IMG/VR virus record: IMGVR_UViG_3300048854_000064
Coordinates: 1-44,174 of that record
Length of the DNA stretch: 44,174 nucleotides
Reading direction: 5' to 3' (one strand)
Source of the DNA: a virus
Lineage: Duplodnaviria; Caudoviricetes
Part shown: positions 35,059-42,334 of the stretch, in pieces
Layout of the letters: each line of letters starts with the position of its first letter
How positions within the stretch are numbered: the stretch's first letter is position 1
Made by a program: the position numbers and the translations under genes
Notes under the pieces: generated by a model
The model's input: only the letters and a program-made list of their open reading frames with translations
What the model was told of the DNA's origin: nothing
Database searches by the model: none

Positions 35059-35534
35059 GCCGCCTTCACTACGGTCCGCGCAGTTGGTGCGCGTTTATAG
35101 ATACGCTTTGTCAGAGCGTTGATCTCTTCGACCGACCGATGGATAGCGGCGCCGATGCGTTCGAGGTCCGACATTTCCTGATCGTCGACTTCACCGTCCT
35201 GCGTCGCTTCCTGGTGACGTCGCGCGAGCTCACCGTACTGCATGGTTAGCTTCAGGAATTTCTCGAGGATCTCTTCGTTGTCTGGCTCGTCGCTCGCGGC
35301 GGGCAGCTTCACCAACACGGAATTGCGCTCTGTCGCCCACGCTTCGATGATGCGTTCATCGTTCGTCACGTCCGTGATGCGCACAGCGTCTTGGATCGTG
35401 AGCTTGTGAGTGTCCGTGTTCGGGTTGACCTTGCTGCGCAGAACGGCCGGCGACATCCCGATACGAGGCGCAAGTGACTCACAACCGCCGGGATAATCGT
35501 GTGCAACTGCATGCGCGGTATCGAGGATGTTCAA
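35055..35534 (-). CDS. cII: Phage regulatory CII-family protein
   Basis: NILD.AH..AHDYPGG.ESLAPR.GMS..VLR.KVNPN..TH.L...DG.VD..E. TTG start after GGAG. Confidence 0.82.
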   Translation of the reverse strand: MNILDTAHAVAHDYPGGCESLAPRIGMSPAVLRSKVNPNTDTHKLTIQDAVRITDVTNDERIIEAWATERNSVLVKLPAASDEPDNEEILEKFLKLTMQYGELARRHQEATQDGEVDDQEMSDLERIGAAIHRSVEEINALTKRIYKRAPTARTVVKAA

Positions 35535-35707
35535 TTCAATCTCCAGACAAACGTGTTTCTGCTGCGTTGCGGAACGTATATTTCGGTCAACAACAAAAAC
35601 AACACGGGGTAAAACAAAAATGAAAAACGGAAACCTCGGACCGCAGGGGCGGCGACTTAGTAGTCCTTCAGAAGATCGGGTGAACCCGGCCGAAGGACCT
35701 TCGTCGA

Positions 35708-35869
35708 TTACTTCGCTGTTGCTGCTGGCTTCGCTGTCGCCGCTTTCAACGCAAGAAACTGATCGATCAAATCCTTCTTGGCTCGATCCATCTGCGCGCC
35801 GATGCAACCTCGCGCAGCCATTTCGCACAGCACCGCGCGAATCTCTTTAATTTCTGTTGACGTGAGCAC
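35708..35869 (-). CDS. Small hypothetical protein after cro (53 aa, not in the ORF track)
   Basis: GTG overlaps the cro TAG. Sequence MLTSTEIKEIRAVLCEMAARGCIGAQMDRAKKDLIDQFLALKAATAKPAATAK. Confidence 0.55.
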   Translation of the reverse strand: MLTSTEIKEIRAVLCEMAARGCIGAQMDRAKKDLIDQFLALKAATAKPAATAK

Positions 35870-36063
35870 TACGCCGCCTCGGCCGTGCTGAGCAATTCAG
35901 CGTGAAGGGCAACGAGGCTGTCTTTGGTGGTGGCGCGCACGTCCTTGCGGCGGCCCGTCTCGATGTGGCTGATCGCGCCTTGCGTCATTCCAACGCGCTG
36001 CGCGACCTGCTCTTGAGAAAGCCCAAGCTTCCGAATCGAAACGACGAGCTGTTGCGCGTCCAT
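35869..36063 (-). CDS. cro: Cro-like repressor
   Basis: 64-aa XRE HTH (LSQEQVAQRVGMTQGAISHIETG), divergent from cI. Confidence 0.9.
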   Translation of the reverse strand: MDAQQLVVSIRKLGLSQEQVAQRVGMTQGAISHIETGRRKDVRATTKDSLVALHAELLSTAEAA

Positions 36064-36095
36064 GTTTTGCCCTAGGCATCATTGATAATAACTTC

Positions 36096-36124
36096 AGAAT
36101 AATACTTATGTATTTGGATGTCAA
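36096..36124 (-). promoter_or_regulatory. pR promoter
   Basis: TTGACA-17 bp-TATTCT upstream of cro. Confidence 0.8.
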
Positions 36125-36170
36125 TACCAATGTAGTTGGACCATCGGGCACAATCCAATACATGAGTAAT
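36101..36170. promoter_or_regulatory. OR operators, three copies of AATAC-N4-GTATT
   Basis: AATACTTATGTATT at 36101, AATACCAATGTAGT at 36123 and AATACATGAGTAAT at 36157. Confidence 0.8.
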
Positions 36171-37061
36171 ATTGGAAAACGCCTCATCGAGGCCCGTTCA
36201 AAGCTCGGCTGGTCGCAAGAAGACCTGGCCGCGAAATCTGGCGTCAGTCAGGGGACGATAGGTCACCTCGAAAGCGGCCGAAACAAGAGCTCGACCCTGC
36301 TCCCAAAAATTGCGGGCGCCTTGGGCGTAACTGTCGAATGGCTTACCGGAGGCGGCAAAGAAACGGGTAAAGTTGCCTCTGTTCTCGGCATGGGTGATGC
36401 CGGGTTGGCTGATAGGATTAAGTCACTGATCGATGAGGCTGACGGCAATATCTCGAAAGTGGCCGCTGCGGCGAAGACCACGGACGAAATTGTCGCGGGC
36501 TGGCTCTCAGGCAAGACTAATCAAATAGGCGTGGATCAAGCCGTGGCGTTGCAGGAAGCATTCGGCATCAACTCTGTATGGTTGATGCTGGGCAAGGGGT
36601 CTAGAAAGACAGCTATCCGCCACAACGATGCGTTCGATCCAATACCTATAACAAACTGGAAACCGATCCCCGTGGTAGGAATGGCACAGCTGGGAGACAA
36701 CGGGCACTGGTCGGATTTGGAATACCCCGTAGGGCAAGGAGACGGTTTCGTCGACTTCCCTACTCGCGATCCAGACGCGTATGCCTTGAAATGCGAGGGA
36801 GACTCGATGCGACCTCGCATCCAGGCGGGCGAGTTTGTCGTAATCGAACCGAATCAGCCGATCGAACCGGGCGATGACGTCCTGCTGAAATCGCTCGACG
36901 GACGCGTAATGATCAAGCGCTTTCTTTATAAGCGGGCCGGAAGAACACACCTGATTTCAGTCAATGATGCGCATCCAGCGATGTCATTTACCGACGATCA
37001 GATTGAGAAAATGCATTTTGTTCGCGCGATTTGCAGGCCGTCGGCGTGGCGCCCAGATTGA
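36162..37061 (+). CDS. cI: CI-like repressor with two XRE-HTH domains and an S24 peptidase
   Basis: HTH1 WSQEDLAAKSGVSQGTIGHLESGR, HTH2 NISKVAAAAKTTDEIVAGWLSGK, and GDSM plus MIKR catalytic Ser/Lys. The start is probably leaderless. Confidence 0.93.
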   Translation: MSNIGKRLIEARSKLGWSQEDLAAKSGVSQGTIGHLESGRNKSSTLLPKIAGALGVTVEWLTGGGKETGKVASVLGMGDAGLADRIKSLIDEADGNISKVAAAAKTTDEIVAGWLSGKTNQIGVDQAVALQEAFGINSVWLMLGKGSRKTAIRHNDAFDPIPITNWKPIPVVGMAQLGDNGHWSDLEYPVGQGDGFVDFPTRDPDAYALKCEGDSMRPRIQAGEFVVIEPNQPIEPGDDVLLKSLDGRVMIKRFLYKRAGRTHLISVNDAHPAMSFTDDQIEKMHFVRAICRPSAWRPD

Positions 37062-37078
37062 GACGATGCGAGCAAGCG

Positions 37079-37660
37079 ATGATAAGAAAAAGAGCTGTCT
37101 GTGCCGCGTTGCTGATCGCGCTCTTCGGTTGCGACAACAAGCCCACTGTGCAAATAGCCGCGAAGCCGGCACTCACGCCCGTACAGCGCTCGGCCGCCGT
37201 TCTATCGGCTACACAGGGGATGGTGCAGGAGCGCGACAAAATGGAGTCGATCTCATTTTTTAGCGCGAAGGGCGAGCCGTGGATAGGCGATGGAATCACA
37301 GTCTACGTAGCGGTTCCTGATGATACTCATGCCTTCCTGCGCATCGCTCCGCACTATCAGGGTAGTGAGTGGATTTTCTTCAAACGCATCAAGGTCATGG
37401 CAGACTCAAAGATTGTGTACGAGAAAGACTTCAGCGCTCTTAGGGTGAAGCACGACAACAACTCTTCAGGCGTGTATGAAAGTGTCGACTATGCTGCCGA
37501 AGGGATCGACGTAGACGCCATGCGTGCGATAGCGGCTGCAAAATCAGTCACGGTCAGGCTCTCAGGCGACGATAAGCGCGACGAGTTTGATTTGACCGAG
37601 AAAGACCGCGCACGAATTGCCCGCTCCTTAAGCGCGTTTGATGCGCTCTCGGCTATCTAG
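37079..37660 (+). CDS. Lipoprotein (candidate superinfection exclusion)
   Basis: MIRKRAVCAALLIALFGC lipobox, immediately downstream of cI. Confidence 0.75.
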   Translation: MIRKRAVCAALLIALFGCDNKPTVQIAAKPALTPVQRSAAVLSATQGMVQERDKMESISFFSAKGEPWIGDGITVYVAVPDDTHAFLRIAPHYQGSEWIFFKRIKVMADSKIVYEKDFSALRVKHDNNSSGVYESVDYAAEGIDVDAMRAIAAAKSVTVRLSGDDKRDEFDLTEKDRARIARSLSAFDALSAI

Positions 37661-37787
37661 TCAGCTTTAAAGCAGGGTTTGATAACCGGACCGGACCGAA
37701 TGGGGAATGCACGCTGGTTACGAGCGATACCCGCGTACGCGTCAAAATTATTTAGGGTTCGATACCTGGATTTTGTGACCTGCTAGA

Positions 37788-37991
37788 ATGAATTCCATGA
37801 AAAAGCAATCCGAAACCTTCGTTGAAGCGCTTCTTGCGGGCGAAAGCTCCGCTGAGCGCGTGCGCGACGCGTTCCGCGAGCTTGGACAATCCATCGTGCA
37901 GTCGCAAAAATCCCTCGAAGAAAAACGAACAAAAATTGAAAGGGAAATGAAGGATGGCGCGCGAGTCACAAAGCATCGATTCCATCTATGA
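37788..37991 (+). CDS. Small coiled-coil hypothetical protein
   Basis: 64-67 aa, overlapping the next gene by 38 nt. TGnTAGAAT at 37781 suggests the start may be ATG 37797. Confidence 0.6.
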   Translation: MNSMKKQSETFVEALLAGESSAERVRDAFRELGQSIVQSQKSLEEKRTKIEREMKDGARVTKHRFHL

Positions 37992-38823
37992 CTTTTTATA
38001 CGCAGACACAGAACGCTTAAGGTCCTGGCTTGCGCAAGTCGTAGACGATGGCGTGCCCATAGGGCACAAACATACCTCCCAGACTGGCGAGACGGCAACT
38101 AGCGAGGTAGGTGGCGGGGTCGACGCCTCGGCGAAAGCTAACGCGCTAATAGCCAAAGCCGATATAAAGGGCGGGGTCAGTGGCAAGATTGGCTCTCAGC
38201 AGAGCGCCAATTTATCGTACGAGCGCAGCTTTGACTCTTCTTGGTCGTTGCCTCTGAATGTTCTCGATCGGCTGGATGAACTTGATTTCATCGAGCGCGA
38301 CCTAAGTGCCGCAAAAATTGGCTCGCTAGTACTCGTTACGGGTACTCCTCAGCTGCTCGATATTAAGCTCCTTCAGGATGTCTGGACGCCTGGCACGTCT
38401 TACATGGCAGCCGACGCAAAGGTTACGCACCAGAACAAAACCCAATTGACCTCAGCCAAGGCCATGATGAAAGGCATCGGCGAAATCCTTAAGGTAATGC
38501 CGCCCGCGCCGCAACTCACGATGGTCGACCATGCCGGCAATAATGTGTGGGCTTGTTTACAGGACCAACATCTGATCGTTAGTGCCGCGTCCCTTGCGCT
38601 GACTCACGGAAGTACGATTCGAGGTGTTTGGCACGTGCTCGCGGTCCTAGATGCAACCCCGGACGCAGAAGATGATGATGATACCGGGGAGGTCGTCAAC
38701 AGCCAGCTAATGTCAGCGGCTTCAACGCTGCTCGGCGCCATTCGAGAGCTGATGGGTCGGTCCCCAGCGGCATACGGAGTCACTCCCGTACTAATATTTC
38801 GTGCAGTTTCGTCACGCGACTGA
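37954..38823 (+). CDS. Hypothetical protein (289 aa, DUF6414-like)
   Basis: IYDFLY.D..R..S.LAQ N-terminus, Gly/Ser beta-hairpin segment, and C-terminal YGVTP.LIFR. Confidence 0.75.
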   Translation: MARESQSIDSIYDFLYADTERLRSWLAQVVDDGVPIGHKHTSQTGETATSEVGGGVDASAKANALIAKADIKGGVSGKIGSQQSANLSYERSFDSSWSLPLNVLDRLDELDFIERDLSAAKIGSLVLVTGTPQLLDIKLLQDVWTPGTSYMAADAKVTHQNKTQLTSAKAMMKGIGEILKVMPPAPQLTMVDHAGNNVWACLQDQHLIVSAASLALTHGSTIRGVWHVLAVLDATPDAEDDDDTGEVVNSQLMSAASTLLGAIRELMGRSPAAYGVTPVLIFRAVSSRD

Positions 38824-38957
38824 CCGGATGAAACTGGCGAAGCGACAGCTCCGGGAGCCTGCCCCAAGCAGGGCTTTTTATTGTCAGAGCGACATAGCGA
38901 AAGCTTGGCGTGCATAATATTGACGTCGCGTCTCAGCGCGACGCAGTGTCCAACATT

Positions 38958-38982
38958 AGCCCGCCTCGTGCGGGCTTTTTTT
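38958..38982 (+). terminator. Rho-independent terminator
   Basis: AGCCCGC-ctcgt-GCGGGCT followed by a T tract. Confidence 0.85.
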
Positions 38983-39080
38983 GTCCCATGTGACGTGTGA
39001 GGTGAATTCGAACGTTGCGCCCGTAATCTTCTGATGTTAACTTGAAAGCTCAATTACAAAACCTTTCGGGGACCATCAGA

Positions 39081-39869
39081 ATGAAAAAAGCATTTCTCCC
39101 GCTGTTCGCGGCTCTTTCGCTGGCTGCGTGCGGCGGAGGTGGAGACGGTGGCTCTCCAGCATCAACATCGAAAGTCGCCAACATCTCGTTCTACGGGAAT
39201 CCCCTGCCGAGCGTGACCGGCGGTGCGGCTGTCGCAAAGGTTGCGATCGTGCATGCCGCGTCGGATCCCGCTGCATCGGATGGCGCAGCGACGACGGTTA
39301 AGACCCTCACAGATGCGCTGGCGGACCAGGGCGTAACTGCGACCGTCACGCCTCAGGTGCTGAACGGTACAGGCCTGCATGCGCTGATCCTGGGCGAAAA
39401 CAACGGCCTCCCCCCGACAAACGACCAGTTCAAGACTGATCCGAACGGGTTCCTGGTCATCAACTTCCAGATTGACGACATGGTGACGCCGATGGATGAC
39501 TCGAGTCAGCAGGCTGCCCTCGCCACGTTCCAACAGGACATCTACACCTTCATCCAGCGGGCGCACGTTAGCGGGAAGCTCGTGTACGCGATCGTGCCAA
39601 TCCCCACCTGCGACGCGCCGGCGGGTCACAGCGCGGCAGATGGGGTGGCTGCGGCCATTGCAACGGCCGCAGGCCAAGCCGCAGGATTCCCGGTGGGGAT
39701 ACTTCCCTCGAATCTCGTTGCCGGCACGGATGGCGTGTACACAAATACGTTCACGGCCGGCCACCTGGGCGCTGATTGCCGAACGCCCGACGCGTACCTC
39801 TTGAACGCCTGGACGCAGTCAATCGCCGAGCGCATGGCGCCAGGCCTCAAGAACGGCCCGGCTGGCTAA
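39081..39869 (+). CDS. Lipoprotein, possibly with a degenerate SGNH/GDSL-like fold
   Basis: MKKAFLPLFAALSLAACGGGG lipobox, ISFYGN, VINFQIDD and ADCRTP. The canonical GDS and DxxH residues are not conserved. Confidence 0.75.
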   Translation: MKKAFLPLFAALSLAACGGGGDGGSPASTSKVANISFYGNPLPSVTGGAAVAKVAIVHAASDPAASDGAATTVKTLTDALADQGVTATVTPQVLNGTGLHALILGENNGLPPTNDQFKTDPNGFLVINFQIDDMVTPMDDSSQQAALATFQQDIYTFIQRAHVSGKLVYAIVPIPTCDAPAGHSAADGVAAAIATAAGQAAGFPVGILPSNLVAGTDGVYTNTFTAGHLGADCRTPDAYLLNAWTQSIAERMAPGLKNGPAG

Positions 39870-39894
39870 CGAAAAGACGCGCACTTTTCAACCG

Positions 39895-39921
39895 TCCCGC
39901 CACACCGGCGGGATTTTTTTT
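39895..39921 (+). terminator. Rho-independent terminator insulating pL
   Basis: TCCCGCC-acacc-GGCGGGA followed by T8. Confidence 0.85.
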
Positions 39922-39930
39922 ACTACCTCA

Positions 39931-39971
39931 AATACTTTTGTATTTACATCCGGCAAATACTTTCGTATTAT
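39931..39971 (+). promoter_or_regulatory. pL promoter with two OL operators
   Basis: TTTACA(39943)-17 bp-TATTAT(39966), overlapped by AATACTTTTGTATT (39931) and AATACTTTCGTATT (39956), the same palindrome as OR. Confidence 0.85.
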
Positions 39972-40020
39972 TCATCTCAGGCACTCACCGAACACGGCGA
40001 GATTCGAATCAAGGGGATGA

Positions 40021-40170
40021 ATGATGAACCGCGCACCATGCGACAACGCCCTGCTCCATGCATGCGACCGCGTACACGCAAAGCTTCCGCTGTACGTTGC
40101 CCTGCTGGGCGCCGGCGTCGGCTGCTTCTGGTACTTGCTGGTTTGCTTCAAAGCGGGGTTGATCGGATGA
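40021..40170 (+). CDS. Small single-TM protein (49 aa)
   Basis: MMNRAPCDNALLHACDRVHAKLPLYVALLGAGVGCFWYLLVCFKAGLIG with AGGGG RBS. Confidence 0.65.
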   Translation: MMNRAPCDNALLHACDRVHAKLPLYVALLGAGVGCFWYLLVCFKAGLIG

Positions 40171-40289
40171 AACTCTGGCAAATCTGGGGCGTAACGCTCA
40201 TCGTCGCTGCCTTGTATCTCCTGGTCGGTGCCGAAATGGACTACCGCGCTGCACGCGCCGAACGTTGCGCTGTGATGCATTGCATCTGA
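40167..40289 (+). CDS. Small single-TM protein (40 aa)
   Basis: MKLWQIWGVTLIVAALYLLVGAEMDYRAARAERCAVMHCI. ATGA overlap with the previous ORF. Confidence 0.65.
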   Translation: MKLWQIWGVTLIVAALYLLVGAEMDYRAARAERCAVMHCI

Positions 40290-40317
40290 ACTGATCAACC
40301 TCCCGTAAAGGCTCACC

Positions 40318-40473
40318 ATGCATGCAAACCTGATAGCAGTCCTTATGGCCTTACTGTTTCTGTTTTGCTTCGCGGCGTGCTGGTTAGTTCGCGGTGGTGC
40401 GATCAACGAGCGCGAAGAGTTGAAGCGGATCAAAGAGGCGCATCGAAATATCAAGTGGCCCGTTTCGCACTGA
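40318..40473 (+). CDS. Small single-TM protein (51 aa)
   Basis: MHANLIAVLMALLFLFCFAACWLVRGGAINEREELKRIKEAHRNIKWPVSH with AAGG RBS. Confidence 0.6.
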   Translation: MHANLIAVLMALLFLFCFAACWLVRGGAINEREELKRIKEAHRNIKWPVSH

Positions 40474-40486
40474 AGGAAACACCTGT

Positions 40487-40866
40487 GTACGGGACGCCGC
40501 GGCGGATCTAGGCGTGACACTCGGCAGAGACCGGGATGCTTAAGGGTGGCGAATGCGCAGGCTGATGCGCTATTCCAGTGCGCCGAGGCCAGTCCGTAGA
40601 ACGGGCCGCCTCAGACCCATGCCGGAGATCAGTGCCGGCCGCCACCCTTAAGCAGTAGCTAGTCAGAGCGCGTACGGAACGCCGCGGGTATGTAGAACCA
40701 GGCGTGACAGGTCGGAGAGACGGCCAATGAACAGCGGGAAGCGATGAGCAGCGGGAAACCACTAATACCCAGCATGAGTCGCGAATCTACTACCTGCGCA
40801 GGCTTTGGCGGAGGAGCGGCAAGCAACAGTGCGAAATGCGGTGGTGACAGCTGGGAATAGACCGGC
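40487..40866 (+). repeat. Three copies of a GTGACA + 5-bp hairpin module
   Basis: GTGACA-CTCGG-cagaga-CCGGG at 40514, GTGACA-GGTCG-gagaga-CGGCC at 40704 and GTGACA-GCTGG-gaataga-CCGGC at 40844. The first two are also preceded by GTACGGRACGCCGCGG. Confidence 0.7.
40537..40654 (+). ncRNA. Putative structured RNA: cloverleaf with complementary loops
   Basis: A perfect 15-bp closing stem encloses three hairpins, and loop GCTGA can pair with loop TCAGT. Confidence 0.7.
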
Positions 40867-41085
40867 ACTGAATTGATGGGTGGCGCATTCCTCCCTTAAC
40901 CGTTGGCCTAGTAATTAGGGAACCTGAATCTGTCGAGTCTTGCAAGGCGGTAGCCCCGGGCACGGGACAGACAGTCGAAAAGCAGAGAAATACGGATCGA
41001 ACAGTGGGATGCCGACCGGCCGCCGTAAGCGGCTCCAAATACTCCGGCGCTGCAACTGCATCGCGCGCTAACTAAGGATCTTGAT

Positions 41086-41376
41086 GTGTCGCGTTATCAC
41101 TGTCGATGCCGCAAGTGCGAAAAGCGAAAGGTGCTACGGCTGAAGCCCGAAGAATACACCCGGCCGCCGCGCTGCAGTGACTGTGGTTCTTCAAGTTTTC
41201 GCATTGATGCATGGATGACCAAGCGCAACACGCGCGCCATGGGTTGCACGTGCGCGGGCTACCACTTCATGCATCGTCGCGGAAGCTTGTTTTGTTGGTA
41301 TCGCGCCGATGGGTCTGATCGATACCCCGGCGATCCCGATTTCGCCGATCGAAATTATGACGGCCTTGCGGCCTGA
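41086..41376 (+). CDS. Cys/His-rich putative zinc-binding protein
   Basis: CRCRKC, CSDC and CTC..YH..HR.GS..C. GTG start after TAAGGA. Confidence 0.75.
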   Translation: MSRYHCRCRKCEKRKVLRLKPEEYTRPPRCSDCGSSSFRIDAWMTKRNTRAMGCTCAGYHFMHRRGSLFCWYRADGSDRYPGDPDFADRNYDGLAA

Positions 41377-41403
41377 TTCAACGCAGCACAACACGAGGTG
41401 ACC

Positions 41404-41931
41404 ATGTCCCTGTTCGCATCACTTTATCCGCTGGCGCAAAAGACAACGCTCACGCTTTTGATCACTGCTGAAGGCGATCAATTGCGCGTGAATGTAACTC
41501 CGCGCGCCAACGACGACGCCAAAGGCGAAAAAACGCTCTACCCGCTTTCAATCCTCGCCAAGCCAGACGAGTTGGACCGCGACTTCGCGGCGGCGGTTGA
41601 GATTTACGAGCCAAGCACGTTGTCTGTGCTCGACCAGGCGCGCGCCGCCAGTGCCGCAAATGGAAATGCGTCGACGCCGCCGGCGCTTCCCGCTCCTTCG
41701 TCGAAGGGCAAGGGCGGCCGCAAGCGCGCCACCGAAACGCCGGTGCCGACCGATACGAGCGACAGCGCTGGCGATGCCGACGCGCTGCCGGTCGATCCGC
41801 GTCAAACGCAAATTCCCGGCATCGATCCTGACGCCGAGCACATCACACCCGAAACGCCCGCGGAGCCCGCTGAGCAGGATTCCAGCAACGCGCAGCCCGC
41901 CGCCGAAGACGACGGCGTCGACCTTCTCTAA
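41404..41931 (+). CDS. PRTRC system protein E
   Basis: MSLF..L.PL.....L.L.I..EG..LRV.V.P...PL.....P.ELD..F, followed by a low-complexity acidic tail ending DLL. First gene of the cassette. Confidence 0.82.
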   Translation: MSLFASLYPLAQKTTLTLLITAEGDQLRVNVTPRANDDAKGEKTLYPLSILAKPDELDRDFAAAVEIYEPSTLSVLDQARAASAANGNASTPPALPAPSSKGKGGRKRATETPVPTDTSDSAGDADALPVDPRQTQIPGIDPDAEHITPETPAEPAEQDSSNAQPAAEDDGVDLL

Positions 41932-41942
41932 GGACCCACACC

Positions 41943-42155
41943 GTGAAAACCGAAACACTCGCTCGCGAGTTTCGCTACAACGGCGCGAAGCTCACCGATC
42001 CGTCGCCGGGTTTCTCCCTTCAGCAGGTTCGCGATTTCTACGGCAACACGTATCCGGAAATCGTCAACGCCGAAATTGAAGGTCCCGATGTCGTCGGCAA
42101 CAAGAACGTCTACACGTTCCGCCGGGCCGTTGGAACGAAAGGAATCGCGCTGTGA
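41943..42155 (+). CDS. PRTRC system protein C, prokaryotic ubiquitin-like protein
   Basis: 70 aa: L.REF.YNG..L.DP.P......VRDFY...YPE..NA.IEGP.......Y.F.RAVGTKG followed by IAL. Confidence 0.92.
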   Translation: MKTETLAREFRYNGAKLTDPSPGFSLQQVRDFYGNTYPEIVNAEIEGPDVVGNKNVYTFRRAVGTKGIAL

Positions 42156-42334
42156 CACTTGACCAGATTCGCGTCGAGCTCGAGCGCGGCCCGCTCTCAC
42201 CTTCGACGACCCATCGCGTCGATATGCACCTGGTGAACGATCGCGTTGCGACGAAGCTCCATGCAGTGGCGACGAAGCGTGCCGCCGGCGTGCGTCTGCA
42301 GTTACCTGCTTCTCATATGCCGGTGTTGCCATGA
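42152..42334 (+). CDS. Small hypothetical protein inside the PRTRC cassette
   Basis: 60 aa. GTGA overlap with C and ATGA overlap with F. Confidence 0.6.
   Translation: MTLDQIRVELERGPLSPSTTHRVDMHLVNDRVATKLHAVATKRAAGVRLQLPASHMPVLP

Noticed and set aside
39081-39869. Active SGNH esterase
   Set aside because: The catalytic Ser (GDS) and His (DxxH) positions read YGN and DCRTP, so activity cannot be supported.
40740-40762. Hammerhead ribozyme core (GATGAG...GAAAC)
   Set aside because: It reads GCGATGAG rather than CTGATGAG, and no convincing stem II lies between the motifs.
40487-40866. CRISPR array
   Set aside because: The repeats are degenerate and irregularly spaced, their stems covary rather than being identical, and no cas genes are present.
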